Positions 1 to 8,185 of a stretch of 64,000 nt of DNA are shown piece after piece. Position numbers and translations under genes: made by a program. Source of the DNA: Planctomycetota bacterium (GTDB lineage: Bacteria; Planctomycetota; UBA8108; SXIK01). Within the stretch, counting starts at the first letter, position 1; each line of letters opens with the position of its first letter. The notes beneath the pieces are model-generated. The model did no database searches. It was not told the origin of the DNA and saw only the letters and a program-made list of their open reading frames with translations. The stretch spans positions 4,704,001-4,768,000 of the forward strand of contig OZ244999.1 of the NCBI GenBank assembly GCA_965223265.1, in the 5' to 3' direction.

Positions 1-368
1 TTCATCGGCAGGCAGCCCTCGGTCTCCGCATTGAAGAGCGGCTTTCCCGGATAGGCTTCGCGGTCAATCCACATCGCAGCGACGATGAGATGATCGTCGG
101 CGAGCAGCGTCGCATAGGCGACGGAAAGCGTGCCGCGTCGTCCTTCGACATGGCTTTCAAACGGAGACGTCGGCTCACTCCAACTGTAGCCGCCATCCGA
201 TGAGCGACGCAGTTCGATGCCCTGGTCGTCGCAGTCTTTCGTCGAGCCAACACGATAGAAAGCCAGGAGCTCGCCACTCGGCAGCACCGTGACGGCGGGA
301 AACGTTGATACGGCGCGCGGTCCGCCGGGAGACCCGCTGTTGACGACACCGCGATCGATGATGCGCAT
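1..368 (-). CDS. Sialidase/BNR (Asp-box) family protein, 3' end beyond the window edge
   Basis: Not in the ORF track. Hand translation from ATG 368 (GGAGAG upstream): MRIIDRGVVNSG...STFPAVTVLPSGELLAFYRVG...RRSSDGGYSWSEP, with an SxDGGxSW Asp-box. Frame stays open to base 1. Confidence 0.8.
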   Translation of the reverse strand, partial: MRIIDRGVVNSGSPGGPRAVSTFPAVTVLPSGELLAFYRVGSTKDCDDQGIELRRSSDGGYSWSEPTSPFESHVEGRRGTLSVAYATLLADDHLIVAAMWIDREAYPGKPLFNAETEGCLPM

Positions 369-490
369 GAAAACTCTCCAGCACTGCGGTTCAATGTCAG
401 GTTCAAGCTGTCAGGATGGTAGACCCTCGCGCGAGTCAATCTGCCGACATCGGCCGACCCGATCAAGCCGCTGCTTCACCGATCAGCGCA

Positions 491-1327
491 TCAAAACGAG
501 TTCGACAGCTCCCGAAGGTACCCCTGACTCGTCTCGAGCGCACTCCACACGTCGGCCGATGGTGCGATCTCGAAGAGTAGCGGTCCCGCATACCCGATGG
601 CCCCCAAGGCCTCGAGCTGCTGCCGCCAATCCACGTCCCCGTGCGTGAGGTGAGGCAGGTGCGCTCCGGCGCGCACCTGCTTCAAATGCACCATGGCGAC
701 GCGCGCAGAGTCGAGGGTCTCCGCAACGCGCCGTGGATCCGCCGGCACCGGCGTGCCCAGGAGGTTGCAAGGGTCAAAGCAGAGCTGGAGAACCTCGGCA
801 TGACGTCCAAGAGCTCTTCGGGCCGCAACAAGGCAAGGCGCGAACAGACTCCAAGACTGCCGCCCATGTTCAAGCGAAAGAGTGCTGCTCGCGCTCGAGG
901 CCAACGCCGCCAAACGCGCGATGTCGGCGCCGATCGCCGCGGCGCTGCGACACGCGAGATCGGCGTCAGTCGTCGTCAGGTCGACGAGGCGCAAATGTGG
1001 CCGTCCATGAGGCGCGAGTGCTGCGGCGGCGTCGAGCCCTCGCTTCACCTGATCGAAGAGCTGATCCCCAGGCGACGTTAGGAACGCAGCCGGCACTGCA
1101 GCGTTGAACTCGACAGCCGAAAACCGCTGCGCCAGCCTCGCGAGACCAGCGGCATCGCTGCGGCCGTCGCCGCCTTCGAGAGCGCCAAGGCTGCCCTGGC
1201 GGAGCTCGATGCAGCGGTAGCCACGATCAACCGCCGTGCTCACAAGCGCGTCGAGCGAGGCACCGGAGCGCAGCTGCTGCTGGAAACAGTTCGAGACGAT
1301 GCCGAGTCGTTGCGCCCTGTTCTCCAT
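491..1327 (-). CDS. Sugar phosphate isomerase/epimerase (xylose isomerase-like TIM barrel)
   Basis: Metal-ligand motifs LSLEH, CFDPCN, MVHLKQ, GDVDW, GYAGPLLFE. Start taken at ATG 1327. Confidence 0.8.
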   Translation of the reverse strand: MENRAQRLGIVSNCFQQQLRSGASLDALVSTAVDRGYRCIELRQGSLGALEGGDGRSDAAGLARLAQRFSAVEFNAAVPAAFLTSPGDQLFDQVKRGLDAAAALAPHGRPHLRLVDLTTTDADLACRSAAAIGADIARLAALASSASSTLSLEHGRQSWSLFAPCLVAARRALGRHAEVLQLCFDPCNLLGTPVPADPRRVAETLDSARVAMVHLKQVRAGAHLPHLTHGDVDWRQQLEALGAIGYAGPLLFEIAPSADVWSALETSQGYLRELSNSF

Positions 1328-1449
1328 GGTCTCCACGCGATGATATGTGTGCGCGATGAATTCGCGATGAAGATGAATACGTGTGAGGTGCTGCCACGGT
1401 CAACGCGGTGTTGCCTCGCGGTGCGCTCTTCTCCAGCTGACGGCCGGAC

Positions 1450-1557
1450 AAAAAAAAGCTCCCGCAACTCCGTTGGTGGGCGACTCCGTGAGGAGTCAGC
1501 TATGGTTAACCGGGCAGGGGGGAAACCACAGCGACCAACCGCTGAGAGTAGCGGGAG
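1450..1557 (-). ncRNA. Candidate structured RNA or leader ending in U8 (unassigned)
   Basis: Nested pairings 1459-1470/1546-1557, 1472-1477/1534-1539, 1482-1487/1492-1497, 1499-1507/1524-1532. A8 at 1450-1457. A G-U pair favours the minus strand. Confidence 0.45.
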
Positions 1558-2020
1558 ACATTCCTTACTTGCAGCCTGACATGCGGCCCAAGCTACTGAC
1601 AGCTTTGAGGCCTGCCGGAGCGACCGCGAACAACAGCTCGCTCTCGACCCGGCTGCGAGCACATTTGCGATCATACCGTCAAGGCGAAGCGGCGACCAGA
1701 AAAAATGGCGGCGCCGATCAGTCTCTCTGGGCCGGCGGCGGACTCATGTCCTCCAAATGAAGGACAACCGTGAGTGAGCGGCGTGTAGCCCCCGCACGTT
1801 CCCCAAAGCGGAGTTGTGGATACAGCGATCGAGGAACAAGTTGACGCCCTGGCGTCCGAAAAGCGCTGCCGCGAAAACGATGGATCGTTAGGATGCCAAC
1901 GAATTGGCGCTGCGGGCAAGCCCCGCCGGAGAAGACTAGCAGCGCTCATCCCAGACAACGCCATGCGTGCTCGACTTCTTTCGCAAGTTGTTCGCGACGA
2001 TGACCACGAGGAGGATCAAG

Positions 2021-3370
2021 ATGACACGACACAAAAGCGGGACGAATCGGAAACCACACGGGACGGTTAATGTCGGAGTGCCTCTCGGAGCGACTCTCGG
2101 AGTGACTCTCGGAGTAGTTGTCGGAGCGGCTGTCGCCCTAGTCGCGACACTGATCACAGTTTCCGACGCTATCGGGCAGGCAGCACCGCAGAGCGGCTAT
2201 CTCTCTCGAGGCGGAGAACGCATCTTCCCGATCGGCAGCTATGAACTCCCAAGCCAAGACGCCGACCTCGCAGCCATGGGCAGACACGGTATCAACCTCG
2301 TACGCTGTGGCAATCGCACAGACCTCGATCGCGCTCAGGCCGCAGGTGTACTCGGCTGGGTCTCCCTTGGGATCACGTCGGGTCCGACAGCCGACCTGCG
2401 ACGGCAGATCGTCGCGCTCCGGGACCATCCGGCGCTCGCTGTTTGGGAAGGACCCGACGAGATCGTGTGGAACTTCACCGCCTACAGCGGCTTGGCGAAA
2501 ACAGCTGGCTTCACGCGCGAAGATTGGCGCAACCAGACGCCGAAGGCCGTCGCCTACGCTCGCGAGCGCGCAGCGGATCTCATGCCGAAAATGAACGCCG
2601 CAATCGCACTGGTGAGGGAGCTCGACCAGAGCGATCGTCCCTTTTGGATCAACGAAGCTGGTCGCAGCGACGTCAAGTACTGTCGCCAGTATATGGATTC
2701 CATCGACATCACCGGCTGCGACTACTACGCAGTGCGCCCAACGCACACCGATCTCGAGGCCATCGGTCGCATGACGAGACGCTGGTCGCTGGCCGGACGC
2801 GGCCGTCCGGTGTGGATGGTTCTGCAAGCGTTCTCGTGGCACAAGGCAAACCCGGCACGCTACTTTGAGCCGCGCCACCCAACGTTCGCCGAAACCCGGT
2901 TCATGGCCTACGACGCCATCGTCCACGGCGCGCGCGGCATCATGTATTGGGGCTCGTTCTTGATCGAAGTGCCGGCGTTTCGTCAGTCAATCTACGCCCT
3001 GACCGCCGAGCTCGCAGCACTCCAGCCGTTTCTGGTTCAGCCGGACGAGGACGGCGTCACCGTCACCTTGATCGAGGCGCCGCGCGACGACCGCGTCCAG
3101 CGCGGCGTTCGCGCCAGCGTACGTCGCCGCGGCGATGACTGGCTTGTGATTCTCGTCAACGAGGACAACTACCGCCACCTCGCCGTCGAAGTCACCGGGC
3201 TCGAAGCCCTGAGCGGCCGCGACCTCGTCCTCCTCTACGGCGACGAGAAGGAGAGGATCCAGCGCGGCGAGTTGCTGACGCGCATGCAGGCCTACGAGAC
3301 CAAGGTCTTTGCCACGTCACGCAATTTCGAAACGAAGCTCACTGAAGGACGTGACTTTTTGATGCGATAG
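2021..3370 (+). CDS. Exported glycoside-hydrolase-like TIM-barrel protein
   Basis: GAGGAGG RBS before ATG 2021; hydrophobic N-terminus; motifs AVWEGPDE, ITGCDYY, VWMVLQAF, AIVHGARGIMYWG. Confidence 0.6.
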   Translation: MTRHKSGTNRKPHGTVNVGVPLGATLGVTLGVVVGAAVALVATLITVSDAIGQAAPQSGYLSRGGERIFPIGSYELPSQDADLAAMGRHGINLVRCGNRTDLDRAQAAGVLGWVSLGITSGPTADLRRQIVALRDHPALAVWEGPDEIVWNFTAYSGLAKTAGFTREDWRNQTPKAVAYARERAADLMPKMNAAIALVRELDQSDRPFWINEAGRSDVKYCRQYMDSIDITGCDYYAVRPTHTDLEAIGRMTRRWSLAGRGRPVWMVLQAFSWHKANPARYFEPRHPTFAETRFMAYDAIVHGARGIMYWGSFLIEVPAFRQSIYALTAELAALQPFLVQPDEDGVTVTLIEAPRDDRVQRGVRASVRRRGDDWLVILVNEDNYRHLAVEVTGLEALSGRDLVLLYGDEKERIQRGELLTRMQAYETKVFATSRNFETKLTEGRDFLMR

Positions 3371-3446
3371 TCACCTGGTACACAGCAGCGCTCCGATTTC
3401 GAGCGGAGCGGCAAACGACAAGCTGTCTTCGGTCCCTCGCTACGGA

Positions 3447-3481
3447 CCGATCGGTAGGGCCGATCGGTAGGGCCGATCGGT
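3447..3481. repeat. 13-bp tandem repeat (CCGATCGGTAGGG x2.7) with palindromic core
   Basis: Read directly from the sequence between convergent genes. Confidence 0.7.
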
Positions 3482-3539
3482 GTGCTGCCCTTGCCGGCGA
3501 CGAAGCCAGACAGCTTTGAGCCACACCGGGAGACGCTCT

Positions 3540-3578
3540 AAAAAAAACGGCGGGCCGACGTGTTCGTCGGCCCGCCGT
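3540..3578 (-). terminator. Rho-independent terminator of the Cys-rich repeat gene
   Basis: Perfect 14-bp stem ACGGCGGGCCGACG-TGTT-CGTCGGCCCGCCGT next to an A8 run. Confidence 0.85.
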
Positions 3579-3612
3579 GTGACCCGCCGCAGTACAGCAG
3601 ATCCTCTTCCTC

Positions 3613-5922
3613 TTACTCGAAACAGATGTGAAGGTCCGACGTCGGGTCGTGACCTTCCGTGAATGGCCCTGGGGACGGCGGCTCAGCGCCGTTCGAGAAG
3701 AGCCAAACCAGGGTGAAGATCGAGTCCGAGATGTCGACATCGCCATCGTCGTTGGCGTCGAGACGATCGCGACAGATCACCTCAAGCGCGTTCCCCTTGT
3801 TTTGGAAGAGCGCGAGCAGGGTGTTGATGCCATCGGCGAGGTCGATCACGCGGTCGCGATTCGAATCGCCGCGGATGAATGGCCGCGGCGGCGCGGCGCG
3901 AACCAGCTCGAGCCAATCTTCGATGCCGCCGAGCTCGACCGCACAGACTTGCTCAAAACTGAAACGAAACGCCTGGCAGGCAGGAGGAGTCATGCCCAGG
4001 TCACTGCAGATCGACATCAGCTCGAGCGAACGCTCGCTGCAGATCACCTCGGAGTTGGTCGCGGCCACTCCCCCGCCGCCGCCGTCGACACCGTCGCCAT
4101 CGTCGTCGCTACACAGCCTCTCGCAGCGTGCGAGGAACGCAGCCACAGCTTCGTCGCACGCCGCTTCGTCACCACCGCGCGCCGCACAGGCATCGCGCAG
4201 GCGGCTCGCCGCATCGCTACAGCGAACACGACAGTCCGGAGCCGAAGGCGGTTCGCGGTCGCAGCCGCTCGTGCAGCCTTCCAAGACGCGATTGGAGATC
4301 GCAGCGCACTCCTCATCCTCGAGTCCGGCGGCTTCGCAGCGCGAGAGAACCTCCCGGGCGACCTGCGCGCAGCGCTCGCCACAGTCGAGAGGCGGTTCTG
4401 CAGCGCAGCGCGACAGGCAGGCGTCGAGAACGCCGTCGGCACGGGCGCGGCAAGTCTCGTCGTCGCCGCCGGCAGCAATGCAGCCAGCGAAGACCTTGTC
4501 ACCGGCTGCCTCGCACCGTCCTTCACAGCTTGGCGGTTCTGCGTCGCCGCCGTCACAGCGCGACAGGCAGGCGTCACGGGCCTCAACAGCGCTGGCATCG
4601 CACTCGGCCTCGTCGCCACCGGCTGCGATGCAGGCAGCGCGGATCGAGCCGGCGACGCGATCGCAGCGCGTCTCGCACGACGGTGGCTCCGGCGGCGGTT
4701 CCGCACAGCCGCCGCGGCAGTGCGCGAGGAAGGTCGAAATCTCAGCGCTACACTCCTCCTCAGAAAGACCGCGCGCCTCGCAGCTGCGCGTCAGTCCGCG
4801 CACACCGTTTTCACATCGACTGACACAATCCGACGGGAAGATACCTTCACAGCGCCGCAGGCACTCGCCGCCGACGCGCGCCGCAAGAGCGTCGCACTCC
4901 TCGCCGTCGCCGCCGCGCTGCAGACACCGCTCGCGCACGCGTTCAGCAGCTGCCGCACAGCTGGCGCCACACTGCGGCGGAGCCGGCGGTCCGGCGCAGC
5001 GCGTCAGGCAACCCTCAAGAATCGCCTCCATGCGCGCACGACAACCTTCCTCGTCTCCCGTGGCGTCGATGCAGCGAGCGAGGAATGCACTGGCGATGCC
5101 GTCGCAGCGATCTTCGCAGGAAGGACGATCAGGTGGCTCGCCACCGTTGTCGCAGCCGTCCAGGCAAGCAGCCAGCTCGCCGTCGACCGTCGCCTGGCAC
5201 GTCTCTGCGTCACCGCCATCGGCAAGACAGGCGGCAAGACTTTCACGCGCATCAATGTGACATCGTGCCGGACACGATGGAACCGGCAAACCTTCGCAGC
5301 CGCGCAAACAACTCTCCAGCACGCTCTCACCGCGCGCCGCGCACGTCTCGGCATCGCCGCCTGCCGCCTCGCACGCCGCGACGACGGCGTCAGCTGCTTG
5401 GTCGCAGCGATCGCCACACGTCGGCCGCACGCCATCGCAGCGGGCGATGCAGCGCTCGAGGTGAGACGTTGCCAACAGTTCGCACGATTCAGCATCGCCT
5501 CCTGCGATCTCGCAAGCGGCGCGGATGCCGTCGGCACGTGCCTGGCAGCCTTCACCACACGAGGGGGCATCTGGAAGATCGCAGCGCTGCATGCAGAACG
5601 ATACGGCGGCCAGCACGAGCGCATCGCACTGCTCGCTCGTGGCGCCGAGAGAGTCGCACATCATCGCTACCTGCTCGCCGATGCCAGTGCAGCCGTCCTC
5701 GCAGCTGCCGGGAATCGTATCGGGTGGCGGCTCGTCGCTCGTGCAGCGCTCAAGCACGTCTGCGGCAACCTGATCGCACGTCGCCGCGTCACCGCCACGG
5801 GCCAGGCAAGACTCCCGGGCGGATTCGGCGATGCGCTCACAGTTGACAAAGATTTCCTGGGATTCGAGCTGCCCGGCGAAGAGACAGGCGAAAGCGATCA
5901 AGCAAAAACCTTTTCGTAACAT
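3613..5922 (-). CDS. Secreted Cys-rich tandem-repeat protein with C-terminal dockerin-like/EF-hand domain
   Basis: Signal peptide MLRKGFCLIAFACLFAGQLES; 11 full and 2 partial six-Cys repeats; C-terminal FIRGDSNRDRVIDLADG...DANDDGDVDISD. Confidence 0.85.
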   Translation of the reverse strand: MLRKGFCLIAFACLFAGQLESQEIFVNCERIAESARESCLARGGDAATCDQVAADVLERCTSDEPPPDTIPGSCEDGCTGIGEQVAMMCDSLGATSEQCDALVLAAVSFCMQRCDLPDAPSCGEGCQARADGIRAACEIAGGDAESCELLATSHLERCIARCDGVRPTCGDRCDQAADAVVAACEAAGGDAETCAARGESVLESCLRGCEGLPVPSCPARCHIDARESLAACLADGGDAETCQATVDGELAACLDGCDNGGEPPDRPSCEDRCDGIASAFLARCIDATGDEEGCRARMEAILEGCLTRCAGPPAPPQCGASCAAAAERVRERCLQRGGDGEECDALAARVGGECLRRCEGIFPSDCVSRCENGVRGLTRSCEARGLSEEECSAEISTFLAHCRGGCAEPPPEPPSCETRCDRVAGSIRAACIAAGGDEAECDASAVEARDACLSRCDGGDAEPPSCEGRCEAAGDKVFAGCIAAGGDDETCRARADGVLDACLSRCAAEPPLDCGERCAQVAREVLSRCEAAGLEDEECAAISNRVLEGCTSGCDREPPSAPDCRVRCSDAASRLRDACAARGGDEAACDEAVAAFLARCERLCSDDDGDGVDGGGGGVAATNSEVICSERSLELMSICSDLGMTPPACQAFRFSFEQVCAVELGGIEDWLELVRAAPPRPFIRGDSNRDRVIDLADGINTLLALFQNKGNALEVICRDRLDANDDGDVDISDSIFTLVWLFSNGAEPPSPGPFTEGHDPTSDLHICFE

Positions 5923-6244
5923 TTCTCTGTCCTCGTTTCCCTCTACAAAGCTGAATCGACGACTCAACTCGACCGCGAATGACCCGCGTAGATGTCGAAG
6001 ATGGTAGACCATGCAATTGGACGACCAAATGCATAAGTCGCGCCCCCGCCCAGACCCGTGTAAAATCGAGTTTACACCGCCGACGACGCGCCGCGATGCG
6101 ATTTTTCACTCCGCCGGCACGTCCGCAGTCAACCCCGCCAGCAAGCTGCGAAGACAAGATTCCCACGAGCCGGCCGCAACGCGTAGAATACTCCAGATTT
6201 CGGTGTCCTGACGGGGCAGAAGCGAGACGCGACCCCGGTGCGAG

Positions 6245-7651
6245 ATGTTTGGGCCTCAAAACGACAAACTGAGCCGTCCACTGCGGCGACGCGAGTTCTT
6301 CCGTCTTGGCGGCGGCCTTACGATGGCCGGCGTGACGCTACCTCACCTGCGGAGGCGGGCGACGGCAGCGCAAAACGCGGCTGTCGGTCCAAGCGCCGGC
6401 CAAGCGAAGTCGTGCATTCTCGTCTACTTGCTGGGCGGCCCGCCGCATCTCGACACTTTCGACCTCAAGCCGGAAGCGCCGTCGGAGATTCGCGGCCCGT
6501 TTCGGCCGATCCCGACGACGGTGCCTGGTTTTCAGGTGTGCGAGCACTTACCGCGGTTGGCATCGATGGCGCACAAGTATTCGGTCATTCGATCCGTAAC
6601 GCATGCCAACAGCAATCACACGCCGATGATCTACTACACCCTGACCGGCCACCACGTCGCGCAGCCGGGACGGGATAACGACATCAGGCCGCCTCTACGG
6701 ACGGACTTTCCGCACCTCGGCTCGATCGTCGCACAGCAAAAACCTTCGCCCATCGACCCAGGCTACGTCGCCATTCCAGAGGTGGCGATTCGCAGCAGCA
6801 TCGAAGGTGAATACAAGCGCGCTCGCCTGCCTTTGCGCGGTGGTAACGGCGGCTTTCTCGGGCCGCGCTACGACCCGTTCACGATCAATGATGCGCCGGG
6901 TGAGAACCGTGCGGTTCCAAGCCTGACACTTCCTCCCGCCGTGCGTGAGGTTCGATTCGAGCGCCGTCGCGCGCTGCTCGACGTGCTCGATCGCGGCACA
7001 CCGGCAGCGGCGGCGATGCGAGAGTACGACACGTTCCGTGACATGGCCGTGACCCTCACGGGACAGGCGAACGATCGCCGCAGCAGTCTCTTCTCCGTCG
7101 ACACAGAACCTCCGCGCATCCGCGAGCGCTACGGGCGCCACCGATTTGGGACGACGCTACTTTTAGCGCGCCGCCTCGCAGAAGCGGGCGTGCCAATGGT
7201 GGCGGTCCACTTCAACGAGATGACGGTGTGCGACGGTTGGGATACGCACAGCAAGAACTTCGAGGCGCTGAAGAGCGAGTTGCTGCCGCTTCTCGACCAG
7301 GGACTGTCAGCGTTGATCGAAGACTTGGAACAGCGCGAGCTCCTGCCGGAGACGCTGGTAGCGTGTTTCGGCGAGTTCGGGCGGACGCCGAAGATCAACC
7401 GCAATGCCGGCCGCGACCACTGGGGCCCGTGCTCGTCGACGCTGCTGACGGGAGGAGGAATCCAGGGCGGGCGCGTCCTCGGCGCCTCCGATGCCACCGG
7501 CGCACTCCCGACGCGCGACCTTGTCGACCCGGTGGATGTGCACGCGACGCTCTACCATTGCCTCGGCCTCGAAGCCGAGCAGACGATCCACGACCACCGC
7601 GGACGGCCTTATCCGATCAGTAGCGGCCGGGTAATCGACGCACTGTTGTGA
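6245..7651 (+). CDS. DUF1501 domain protein
   Basis: RRREFFR N-terminus; AKSCILVYLLGGPPHLDTFDLKP, LLARRLAEAGV, WDTH, GEFGRTPKIN..AGRDHW. Confidence 0.92.
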   Translation: MFGPQNDKLSRPLRRREFFRLGGGLTMAGVTLPHLRRRATAAQNAAVGPSAGQAKSCILVYLLGGPPHLDTFDLKPEAPSEIRGPFRPIPTTVPGFQVCEHLPRLASMAHKYSVIRSVTHANSNHTPMIYYTLTGHHVAQPGRDNDIRPPLRTDFPHLGSIVAQQKPSPIDPGYVAIPEVAIRSSIEGEYKRARLPLRGGNGGFLGPRYDPFTINDAPGENRAVPSLTLPPAVREVRFERRRALLDVLDRGTPAAAAMREYDTFRDMAVTLTGQANDRRSSLFSVDTEPPRIRERYGRHRFGTTLLLARRLAEAGVPMVAVHFNEMTVCDGWDTHSKNFEALKSELLPLLDQGLSALIEDLEQRELLPETLVACFGEFGRTPKINRNAGRDHWGPCSSTLLTGGGIQGGRVLGASDATGALPTRDLVDPVDVHATLYHCLGLEAEQTIHDHRGRPYPISSGRVIDALL

Positions 7652-7965
7652 CCGGGAGTGCGTCTGCTGTGCAGTCTCGACGCGATCTCAAAGCGAGACG
7701 TCGCCTGAGAGTCGCTGTTCTCCGCCTGAAGCCCGTGCTCCTCGGCGGACAGAGCCGGCGACGTTGCGGCGCATGCACGGCGCGCAAAGCCGAGACGGTT
7801 CGAGCACGGAGCACTTGTCTGCTGGTTAAACCGGTTCGTCACGGCGGCCGACAGCGGATTGAACCGTTGGCAGGAGCGGCAGTTGCGCGCCTCGACGTGC
7901 CCGCTTGACAGTCAGTCGCCCTGAGGTAACATTGCCCCCTTACGAAACTGGCAGTGTGCGCCGAT

Positions 7966-8043
7966 CGGGGTGTAGCTCAGCTTGGCTAGAGCGCTACGTT
8001 CGGGACGTAGAGGTCGGAAGTTCAAATCTTCTCACCCCGACCA
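7966..8043 (+). tRNA. tRNA-Pro(CGG)
   Basis: CGGGGTG/CACCCCG acceptor stem; anticodon arm CTACG-TTCGGGA-CGTAG; GTTCAAATC T-loop; encoded CCA. Confidence 0.96.
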
Positions 8044-8048
8044 ATCTG

Positions 8049-8087
8049 AATCCTTTCGCAGACCTTGGTCGCGGAGGGATTTTTTTT
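8049..8087 (+). terminator. Terminator after tRNA-Pro
   Basis: AATCCTTTCGC...GCGGAGGGATT hairpin followed by a T-run. Confidence 0.7.
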
Positions 8088-8185
8088 GGACGGGATGGGG
8101 GAGTTTTAGGGTGGTGAACGCGACACGACGATCGAGCTCGCGCGCCCTCGAGGTGTTCAAGGTCGCTGGTTTCGCGCTGGACGAA

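Noticed and set aside
1535-1600. GCTGAGAG...CCTGA resembling a TPP riboswitch
   Set aside because: The conserved downstream core (TAATG...GTAGGGAA) is missing, and the pairing favours the opposite strand.
3447-3481. Possible CRISPR-like repeats here and at 22934-22963
   Set aside because: Repeats are 13-15 bp and directly adjacent, with no spacers and no cas genes.
3628-5919. Long plus-strand ORFs (763 aa and 533 aa) opposite the Cys-rich gene
   Set aside because: Antisense shadows of a GC-rich repetitive gene; the minus frame has the signal peptide, repeats and terminator.
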